A DNA stretch of 15,316 bases, taken from the NCBI GenBank assembly GCA_031372065.1, contig JANMKN010000067.1, forward strand, positions 1 through 15,316, read 5' to 3'. This DNA comes from Abditibacteriaceae bacterium (GTDB lineage Bacteria; Armatimonadota; Abditibacteriia; Abditibacteriales; Abditibacteriaceae). The notes below the pieces were generated by a model. It was given only the letters and a program-made list of their open reading frames with translations. It did no database searches and was not told the DNA's origin. Shown here piece after piece: positions 7,334 to 14,623 of this stretch; positions within the stretch are counted from its first letter, which is position 1, and every line of letters starts with the position of its first letter. Made by a program: the position numbers and the translations under genes.

Positions 7334-8428
7334 ATGAAAGACGAGCGCGTTGCTTCGATGATGGCCGCCAGAGGCGCGGCAACGATGGCCGTTTCCAAAG
7401 CGGCGCCCGTGGTTTTGTGCCCGCCGATTCGCCACATTGCCACGCTGCATCTCAATGGCTTGAGCGAATTGCTGTTCACCTTGCCAGCGCTTTACACCTT
7501 GCGTGAAGAGTTTCCTGATGCGCAAATTTGTTCCGTCGTGCGGCCCGGTTTGGCGGCGTTGCTGGAAGATTCGCCTTACATTAACGAGTTGCTACTGCGC
7601 CCCAAAGGCGGAATGTCGGGGCAAGCCGCGCTGATGGCGAAATTGGCCACGACACACTTCGATATAGCCTTGTCGTTTTCGCAATCGCGCCAGTGTTCGC
7701 TGCTGGCTTTTTCCACCAGAGCGCCGGTGCGCGTTGGTTATCAAGGCGCGAAAATGGAAGCGTTGCTGTCGCATCACGTCGTGGAAAACGGCCCGTTTTC
7801 GATTGACAACGCCTTAGATTTGGTGCGCGCTTTGGGCTGTGCGCCACGCCAACTCGATTATGGCGGTTTGCTGCAAATTTCTCCTGCACATGGTAAAGCT
7901 GTGCAAGTTTTGTTGGACGAAAAAGGCGTGCAAGGCGAATTTATCATCGCCAATGTCAGCGGCGAGCGCGGACGCGAGAAGGGCACCATCCACGATTGGA
8001 ATTTAGGGCATTGGACAACGGCTTTGCAAGAACTGAATAAGCGTTGGCCGGTGGTTTTAGTGGGCGGACGCAGCGCGCCGCAAGTGACGGCCCATTTAGC
8101 GGGCACTTGGGCCGATTTCGGCGGTAAATTGTCGCTGCCGCTTTTGGCCGCGCTGTGTGGCCAAGCCAAAGTATGCATCGGTTCCGACGGCGGCATTTTG
8201 CACCTCGCCGCCGCCATGAAAACGCTCGTTGTCGGCATCTATGGCCCCACAGACTGGCAGGAAACCGGCCCGCGCGGCGTTTCACATCGCATTGTGCGCC
8301 ATCCCGTCGAGTGTGCGCCTTGTTTGCTCAATAAATGCAAATGGCAAGGCGCCGACCACAAAAAATGCCTCACCCAAATCACGCCGGACGAAGTAGTTAA
8401 AGCCACGCGTGAGTTGATAGGTGTGTAG
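7334..8428 (+). CDS. Glycosyltransferase family 9 (ADP-heptose:LPS heptosyltransferase-like)
   Basis: LSELLFTLPALYTLREEFPDAQI, IGSDGGILHLAAAMKTLVVGIYGPT, CAPC; start uncertain (7334 or slightly downstream). Confidence 0.9.
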   Translation: MKDERVASMMAARGAATMAVSKAAPVVLCPPIRHIATLHLNGLSELLFTLPALYTLREEFPDAQICSVVRPGLAALLEDSPYINELLLRPKGGMSGQAALMAKLATTHFDIALSFSQSRQCSLLAFSTRAPVRVGYQGAKMEALLSHHVVENGPFSIDNALDLVRALGCAPRQLDYGGLLQISPAHGKAVQVLLDEKGVQGEFIIANVSGERGREKGTIHDWNLGHWTTALQELNKRWPVVLVGGRSAPQVTAHLAGTWADFGGKLSLPLLAALCGQAKVCIGSDGGILHLAAAMKTLVVGIYGPTDWQETGPRGVSHRIVRHPVECAPCLLNKCKWQGADHKKCLTQITPDEVVKATRELIGV

Positions 8429-8432
8429 AAAA

Positions 8433-8494
8433 TGGGGCAAGGGCGTCCCGCCCGCTTTTTGAATGCCGGGTGCGCGCGAAACGCCCGCGCTCCA
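8433..8494. repeat. GC-rich REP-like inverted repeat
   Basis: TGGGGCAAGGGCGTCCCGCCCGC ... GCGCGCGAAACGCCCGCGCTCCA directly after the GT9 stop. Confidence 0.65.
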
Positions 8495-8622
8495 ATGCAA
8501 TTGGAACGTTAGACAATTGAGTTGTGACGCCTAATTGCGTTGTAAAACAGGGCTAATGAGGCGTATAAGATCGTCAATAATGTCCATAACTTCGCCAGAA
8601 TCATCAACAAAGTGAGGACTTA

Positions 8623-8745
8623 ATGAATAAACCGATTTATATGCAGCAAATGCTTTCGGCTAACGTGGGCGATGTGGTTTTGCCGGTTGAAATTCAAGCG
8701 CAGGACGCTGGTATGACATTCGTCTGGAACTCAAAGGCGATTTAG
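8623..8745 (+). CDS. Possible 40-aa small protein
   Basis: GAGGA RBS before ATG; MNKPIYMQQMLSANVGDVVLPVEIQAQDAGMTFVWNSKAI. Confidence 0.35.
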   Translation: MNKPIYMQQMLSANVGDVVLPVEIQAQDAGMTFVWNSKAI

Positions 8746-8804
8746 TCAAAGCCTATGCCATTGGGCGCAAGCCCTGCTCTATAACTTTCCAAATGTCATG
8801 AGCT

Positions 8805-9251
8805 TTATTCAGGAATTTCGGCTTCGACGAGTTTCGCCAACAAGTGCAGCGATTCCTGCCAGCCAAGGTAGCAAAGTTCTGCTGGAATCACGTTAGGCAC
8901 GCCTTCTTGCACGATATTCAACTCAGTGCCACACGATATGGGTTTTAAGGTGACCGTCATCTGAATCTCGCCGGAAAAGTTCGGGTCGTCGAATTTGTCG
9001 GTATAGCGGAGGCGCTCATTGGGCACCAATTCGAGATATTCGCCGCCGAAAGAATGGCTCTTGCCGGTGCCGAAGTTTGTAAACGACATCTTGAATGTTC
9101 CGCCCACGGTGGCATCCATGTGGTGAACCTTGCCGGTGAAGCCATTGGGCGGCATCCACTTGCTCAGGGCGTCGGCATCAAGGAACGCCTTATAAACTTT
9201 TTCAGGAGTCGCGCGAATAACGCGGTGCAGTCGGATAGTGTTTGTGGACAT
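8805..9251 (-). CDS. SRPBCC / AHSA1 (CalC-Aha1-like) protein
   Basis: IRLHRVIRATPEKVYKAFLD...WMPP...GGTFKMSF...ELVPNERLRYTD...GWQESLHLL. Confidence 0.93.
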   Translation of the reverse strand: MSTNTIRLHRVIRATPEKVYKAFLDADALSKWMPPNGFTGKVHHMDATVGGTFKMSFTNFGTGKSHSFGGEYLELVPNERLRYTDKFDDPNFSGEIQMTVTLKPISCGTELNIVQEGVPNVIPAELCYLGWQESLHLLAKLVEAEIPE

Positions 9252-9272
9252 GATTTTGTTTTCTTTCGATGA

Positions 9273-9740
9273 TTAGCCTTTTGCTTCCTCAAGCAAATAA
9301 AAGACATCCGTGCGAATCTTGGACGCATCGTCGTTCCAATCTTCTTCCCAGTGACCATAAATTTCCCATGAAACACCAGAAATTGAGTGTCCATGCTCGT
9401 CGCACCAGACGCGAATGGCGCTATGCGCTTCGCCAAGGTTTTGGTAGGGGCCAAAATGGGTGGCCGTCGCCACGCGGCCTGCGGGCAACTGCGAACAATG
9501 CACGCGCTCGTTGCCGACAAACGGCTCGGCTACTTCGGCGCCCACCTCGACTGAACCCTGCGCATCCAAATATAAGGCCACATGGCGTCCGGGGCGCGGC
9601 AGACCGGCAGACTTTATGAAGTTCCAAACCTCGCCGCAAGCTGCCGGCACAAACTGCGCCAGTTCTTCGAGGCGCACAATGCCCCGAATGACTGCTGTGC
9701 AAGTCGGCTCCGATTGGGTGATTTTAATTTCGTAGGGCAT
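9273..9740 (-). CDS. GyrI-like small-molecule-binding domain protein
   Basis: LPAGRVATATHFGPYQNLGEAH...SWEIY...RTDVFYLL. Confidence 0.9.
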   Translation of the reverse strand: MPYEIKITQSEPTCTAVIRGIVRLEELAQFVPAACGEVWNFIKSAGLPRPGRHVALYLDAQGSVEVGAEVAEPFVGNERVHCSQLPAGRVATATHFGPYQNLGEAHSAIRVWCDEHGHSISGVSWEIYGHWEEDWNDDASKIRTDVFYLLEEAKG

Positions 9741-9806
9741 GATGTTGGATGGATAAACGCCTTAACCTACCTTTCGCTGAATAAATTCCACATTGGGCTG
9801 ATGACT

Positions 9807-10859
9807 TTAGGGCACCTTCCACAGATCAACTTTGATGCCTCGACTTGCCGCAGCCACCAGCTTACCATCAGGCGAAAATTGCACATGGTAGGCAGAAAAC
9901 CGATCGCTTTCGCCATGAAATGTGTGCAAAATTTGACCTGTCGCCACATCCCACAACTTCATAGCTGACGCACTGGCGGTAACAACTTTTTTGCTGTTGA
10001 GTGAAAAAGCCACCGCATCTACTCCAGAAACAGCGTTACCAAGTTTTCCCATAAAGATAGTTTTGCCACCAGTCAGGGAGCGTATTTGTTGTCCGGTTAA
10101 AGCGTCCCATAATTGCACATTTGCTTCTCCCCAACACGAAGTTGCTAAGAGCTTGCCATCAGGCGAGAAAGAGATTAATGTTTCCAGAGTTGAGGAAGCA
10201 GCCGTATTTATCGCAGGTTGGATAACCTTTATCTCCTTCGCAGTGTTCCAATCCCACAGTTGAACTTTGCCTGACCAACATCCTGTGGCTAAGGTTTGAT
10301 TATCAGGAGAAAAAGAGACAGAATAGGCATCTCCTGTCGTTGGAATTTGCCTTAGCATTTTCCCCGTTGTGGTGCTTAATAATCTGTTTCCTGCGGCTAA
10401 AACGTCTCCGTTCGGCGAGAATGCGAGAGGACTAAACTCTTGTTGCAATTGAATTGTGTGTGTGATTTTCCAATCGCTTGTTGTATATATAGTCAAATTA
10501 TTTCCTGCGCTTGCCGCAAGCAACTTATTATCAGGCGAGAAAACTACATGGCCAATTGTGTCATCCAGCCGTAGGGATTTAGTGAGTTTCCAAGTTGCTG
10601 TATCCCACACTTTAACTGCGTAATCTTGACCTTCCAGTCTGCGAACGCGCCCTTTTTCTTTCACAATCACTGTGGCGCTATTAATACCAGCAACAGCCAG
10701 CCATTTGCCGTTTGGCGAAAAGGCGACATCAGAAGTCTCTAAATTGTAGCCTGTAAGCGAGCGCCAAGGTTTGCCGCCGTAGGTGCCTTTTGCGGAATCA
10801 CCTCTGCTACATCCCACAAAGTAAGGTGCAAACAAAAGAAGAAGCAAAAATCTATTCAT
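9807..10859 (-). CDS. WD40-repeat lipoprotein
   Basis: Lipobox FVG-C; about 7 repeats of FSPDGKLLA...V(K/Q)LWD; AT-richer than neighbours. Confidence 0.9.
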   Translation of the reverse strand: MNRFLLLLLFAPYFVGCSRGDSAKGTYGGKPWRSLTGYNLETSDVAFSPNGKWLAVAGINSATVIVKEKGRVRRLEGQDYAVKVWDTATWKLTKSLRLDDTIGHVVFSPDNKLLAASAGNNLTIYTTSDWKITHTIQLQQEFSPLAFSPNGDVLAAGNRLLSTTTGKMLRQIPTTGDAYSVSFSPDNQTLATGCWSGKVQLWDWNTAKEIKVIQPAINTAASSTLETLISFSPDGKLLATSCWGEANVQLWDALTGQQIRSLTGGKTIFMGKLGNAVSGVDAVAFSLNSKKVVTASASAMKLWDVATGQILHTFHGESDRFSAYHVQFSPDGKLVAAASRGIKVDLWKVP

Positions 10860-10940
10860 TGGGATACCTGCCTGACTTCAATTTTAACCTATTACTTTTG
10901 ATAAAAGGACACGCAAAAGCGGCTTTTGAGCATAAAAACA

Positions 10941-10962
10941 GGCATTTTTGGCCAAAAATGCC
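10941..10962. promoter_or_regulatory. Perfect 22-bp palindrome, possible operator
   Basis: GGCATTTTTGGCCAAAAATGCC is its own reverse complement. Confidence 0.5.
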
Positions 10963-10974
10963 GAAAATGGGGCT

Positions 10975-11184
10975 GCACTCGTCGCGGATGTCGTTTCACC
11001 CGTCGAAAATGTCGTTGCACTCGTCATCGGTGCAGTTGCATTCGTCACGAGTGCAGCTGCATTTGTCGTGAATGAAATCGCATTTGTGGCCGGTGAAACA
11101 GCATTCGTCGCGGGTGAAATGGCATTTTCGACGGGTGAAACAGCAATTATCGGCGATGAAAGCGCATTTGCAGACTTGAACGGG
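10975..11184. repeat. Array 2: ten 21-bp units forming a long imperfect palindrome centred at about 11067
   Basis: Units start 10975,10996,...,11164 (GCAYTYGTCNNNRRTGMANNN-like); perfect 19-bp inverted pair at 10993-11011 and 11123-11141. Confidence 0.9.
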
Positions 11185-11204
11185 GCAAAATGCGTGGTTA
11201 TAAT
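11176..11204 (+). promoter_or_regulatory. sigma70-like promoter at the end of array 2
   Basis: TTGAAC (11176-11181), 17 bp spacer, TATAAT (11199-11204); RBS AGGAG at 11233-11237. Confidence 0.7.
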
Positions 11205-11242
11205 GCAAAATGGCTCAGAATTTTAGTCCTATAGGAGATAAC

Positions 11243-11872
11243 ATGGCACAACTGAAAACCAGTCTGCGTGGCTTGACGATTCCCCAAAAGATTCAGCGCG
11301 GACGCGATGTGGAAGCCGGTTTGCGCGGCAATGTCAACCTGACGAACGGCACCGCTTTGGCGGATAACATCAAAGCCGCTGCCGACGATTTGGCGGCCAA
11401 AGAAACCATCCATTCCGACAAGCAACGCGAGGCGATTCAGGCCGGAACCGACAAAGACACCAGCGAAACCAACTTTGACCGCGTTTACGCGGCCACCGGA
11501 AACGACGCCGAACGGCAAATCGGCGACGACGAGTCGAAACTGCTGTCCACCAACTACAAACTGCAAGCCGAACCCGGCCCGTCGCAGGAAGTAGGAAAAG
11601 TGCAAAATCTCACCGTGACGACCGGCGATGAAGAGGGCGAATTAGACGGGCACTGGGATAGCGTGCCCGGCGCGCAATCTTATGCCGGCCAGATTTGCAT
11701 CGGCGATACGCCCGACCCCGCCAAATGGCAATACACCAAACCGCTGGGCCGCAAGTCCAAAGCAACTTTTGACAGCTTGGTTTCGGGCACGCGCTACTGG
11801 ATTCGCATCCAAGCCGTCGGCGCTTTAGGCCCCGGCCCGTGGAGCGACCCCGTTTCGCGCATCGCGCCGTAA
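11243..11872 (+). CDS. Cytoplasmic protein with N-terminal helical domain and C-terminal fibronectin type III domain
   Basis: 209 aa from ATG 11243 (RBS AGGAG); FN3 signature VQNLTVTTG...WDSVPGAQSY...FDSLVSGTRYWIRIQAVGALGPGPWSDP; no signal peptide. Confidence 0.88.
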   Translation: MAQLKTSLRGLTIPQKIQRGRDVEAGLRGNVNLTNGTALADNIKAAADDLAAKETIHSDKQREAIQAGTDKDTSETNFDRVYAATGNDAERQIGDDESKLLSTNYKLQAEPGPSQEVGKVQNLTVTTGDEEGELDGHWDSVPGAQSYAGQICIGDTPDPAKWQYTKPLGRKSKATFDSLVSGTRYWIRIQAVGALGPGPWSDPVSRIAP

Positions 11873-11890
11873 AAATCAGCCACTGGGAAT

Positions 11891-14527
11891 TTAAGGCGTT
11901 ATATCTGGCGCGAAAACCATCCATTCGGTCAGACCGGTTTTGCCGGGTAAATTATGAACGAATGTGGCGCGCAGTTTATCAGTTTGCACTGGCTTGATAA
12001 TCATTTCATTGGGTATTAAAAGAGTCGGCTGCGCCGGGTCGCGCCGCACTTCTTCGACATCGTGCCATGCGCCGTTTTTCCAATATTGAACTGAAAACCT
12101 TTTGGGAATGCGCACGCCGCCGCCATCGGCCCACAGGCAAAAGACGAGTCGTTCGACGGTTTGCGGCATGGCAAAATCGAGTTGCACCCAATCATTTTCG
12201 TTGGGCGATTCGTAGCTTGTCCAGCGATTGCGCCCACCGTTCATTTCGATTTTTCCATCGTTGAGTTCGCCTATCGTATCGAAGCGGCTGGTGTAAGAGG
12301 CGCTGGCTTTGGCCTCGCGTGCCAAGTTGTTTTGCAGTTTCGCTTCGGGCAAAGGCAATGGCGCTTCGCCCCAAATTTCCCATTCGGTGAGGCCAACCGC
12401 CGCGCCATTCTGCGGCTGCAAAGTGGCGCGCATTTTGGTGGTTGATACTGTTGGAAATTCGACATTATTCGCACGGTGGCCTTCGGGCAAAGTCGGCGAG
12501 CGTTTTTGCCCCGCGACGCTTTTCCACTGCGCGCCGTCCCAGAATTGCACATCGCAAGATTGTGGAGCGCGCACAGCTTTTCCTTCGCCATCATCAAGAA
12601 AATAGAGTTGCACTTTTGAGACAGTTCGCGCCACGCCAAAGTCGGTTTCAATCCATTCGTCAGCGCTTTTCGAGCCTTCATTTGTCCAGCGATTGAGCGG
12701 GCGTGGCGAGGTATAGTAGAAAACGCCATCAACTAAATTACCCGGCGAAGTGCCGTCGCTGGTAAATGAAGTGCGCGTGCGCGGAAAATAACTTCCTTCA
12801 TTGTTGACTGCGAAATTGTGCCACGTTTTAGAATCGGGAAGTGCGACACTATTTATCGTTTTGGGCAGTTCGCCCTTGATTTTTCCGAGCTTTTTTGCGC
12901 TGGCGATGCGCTTTCCATCGGCCCATAGGCTCAAACCAGAGCCGCGTTTATAACGCGTGCCGCTTTTGTCCCACACGATGCTGATTCGATGGCCGTGATA
13001 GGCCAAATCGTCCAAGCAAAAATAATCCCAGTCATCGGGCGCCATTGGATTGACTTCGATGATGTTATCGGCGCGCGGGCGCAAACCGGCGAGGCCGGTG
13101 ATGATTAAATCGTTGTAAGAGGAGTGAAAATAATGCTCGCTGTGATTGAAATTATCGGTCGTCCAGCGCCCATTTTCGGGGTCGGACATTTCGGCCAAAT
13201 AAGGCACGCCATCTTTGCGGCTACTGCGCGTATACGATTGCAAAACCGTCCAATAATCGGCTTTGGAAATCACGTTTTGCGGGTAATCATTCAGCACGTT
13301 CGCCATCGCTTGCAGCGTTTGCGCATTGGCATAGGGCCAGTTGTTGCCGCTCCACACGCACGAACCCTGCGCCACAAAGAAAAGCGGGTCGTTTCGCTCG
13401 GTTGTGTAAAGGCCAAACGGCGCCAAGAAGACGTTTTTATCAACGATGTTTTTCCACGCGACTTCGTAGCCTTTGTTTTTATCGGGCAGATTAAACAGCC
13501 ACGGCACAAAGCCGATTAACTCGCGGCCATGTGCATCGCCCGCGAATTTTCCATCGTCGTAAATGCGCGTTTTGGCTTTGATGGTATGGCCGTCTTTTTC
13601 TTCGTCATTGGCAAATTGCGCCAAGAAAAATTGGCGGCGTGTGTCCCATAATTCGCTTTGCACGCGCGCTTTTAATTTTTGCGCTTTATCGTCGTAGTCT
13701 TTGGCTTTTGTAGTGTCGCCTGCTAAGGCCGCCGTTTGCGCCATTGCTTTTAAATCGCCGTAAATGTAAGCGTTGAGTGTCGGGCGATAGCTTTCGCCGC
13801 CATCAAAGCCGTATTTGGTTTGGCGCGAGCCGATATTGGTTTCCATGCCGTCGTGCATTCCGCTCCATTTAAACATTTGATGTGCGTTGTCCCAATGTTC
13901 TTGCATCCAGCCATCATATTGCTTTTCCATCGAAGGCAAGCGATTTATCAGGAACTTTTCGTCGTCGTTGACCAAATAATTGGCCCAAACCGCATCGCCA
14001 TACCAGTTGGAATAGCTGCGCGGCTGCGCGCCCGGCGTGTTGAACCAATAGCGAATAAAATCATCGGTGATTCTTCTATCTTTAAGCCAGCGCAATTCAT
14101 AAATTTGCAAACCCAGTGGGCAACTTATGGCGCCATAACGCCCCGACCAGTTGGGGCGGTCTATAAATTCGGTGAAGGTGTAACCGCTTTCGGGCGAGCC
14201 ATACGTCATGTGTTTGGTAGCGAGTTCCCAGCGGTAATAATAGGTCGCGTCAATGGCGCCATCGGGCGAATCCCAAAACGGAATGCGCGCTTTAAACCAT
14301 GCGCTGTCACGGTTGTCCCACCACGAAAAACGCTCCAACTGCTTTTGCTTATCGAGAATAAATGGCGCTTTGCGATTGTCGCTCAGAGGGTTTTTCAGCG
14401 GCCCGACTTCAGTTTCTGTTGGTTGCTGCGAATAAAGCGCGGGTGCCGCGAAGAGGGCGATGCCGAGCAAAATCCAGCGGCCCCTTTTTTTGAGATAGTG
14501 CATAAAAATGAACCTTGTGTTGCGCAT
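11891..14527 (-). CDS. Secreted (alpha/alpha)6 glycoside hydrolase (MGH1-like, resembling GH142 beta-L-arabinofuranosidase) with two discoidin (F5/8C) domains
   Basis: Signal peptide; YYYRW, TEF, DGMET, RPTLNAYIYG, RELIGFVPW, CVWSGNNWPYA, HYFHSSYNDLIITGLAGLRP; two C-terminal 'RWT...(E/D)W(I/V)..DF...GLTEW' modules. Confidence 0.8.
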   Translation of the reverse strand: MRNTRFIFMHYLKKRGRWILLGIALFAAPALYSQQPTETEVGPLKNPLSDNRKAPFILDKQKQLERFSWWDNRDSAWFKARIPFWDSPDGAIDATYYYRWELATKHMTYGSPESGYTFTEFIDRPNWSGRYGAISCPLGLQIYELRWLKDRRITDDFIRYWFNTPGAQPRSYSNWYGDAVWANYLVNDDEKFLINRLPSMEKQYDGWMQEHWDNAHQMFKWSGMHDGMETNIGSRQTKYGFDGGESYRPTLNAYIYGDLKAMAQTAALAGDTTKAKDYDDKAQKLKARVQSELWDTRRQFFLAQFANDEEKDGHTIKAKTRIYDDGKFAGDAHGRELIGFVPWLFNLPDKNKGYEVAWKNIVDKNVFLAPFGLYTTERNDPLFFVAQGSCVWSGNNWPYANAQTLQAMANVLNDYPQNVISKADYWTVLQSYTRSSRKDGVPYLAEMSDPENGRWTTDNFNHSEHYFHSSYNDLIITGLAGLRPRADNIIEVNPMAPDDWDYFCLDDLAYHGHRISIVWDKSGTRYKRGSGLSLWADGKRIASAKKLGKIKGELPKTINSVALPDSKTWHNFAVNNEGSYFPRTRTSFTSDGTSPGNLVDGVFYYTSPRPLNRWTNEGSKSADEWIETDFGVARTVSKVQLYFLDDGEGKAVRAPQSCDVQFWDGAQWKSVAGQKRSPTLPEGHRANNVEFPTVSTTKMRATLQPQNGAAVGLTEWEIWGEAPLPLPEAKLQNNLAREAKASASYTSRFDTIGELNDGKIEMNGGRNRWTSYESPNENDWVQLDFAMPQTVERLVFCLWADGGGVRIPKRFSVQYWKNGAWHDVEEVRRDPAQPTLLIPNEMIIKPVQTDKLRATFVHNLPGKTGLTEWMVFAPDITP

Positions 14528-14586
14528 CGTTCGACTTTTCTTTTAACAGTGTAATGCCAACGCGCCTTTTTCAGAATGAAGATGAT

Positions 14587-14595
14587 TGCTACACT
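14587..14595 (+). promoter_or_regulatory. Extended -10 element upstream of fba
   Basis: TG-C-TACACT ahead of the RBS AGGAG. Confidence 0.35.
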
Positions 14596-14623
14596 GCCTG
14601 CAAGAAAACAGGAGACCATTTCG

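Noticed and set aside
7002..7525. ORFs overlapping the purA-GT9 junction
   Set aside because: They arise from the CACAAAG palindrome and antisense frames and show no protein-like features
11210..11242. Upstream ATG for the FN3 gene
   Set aside because: It lies at about the predicted TSS; the AGGAG RBS supports ATG 11243
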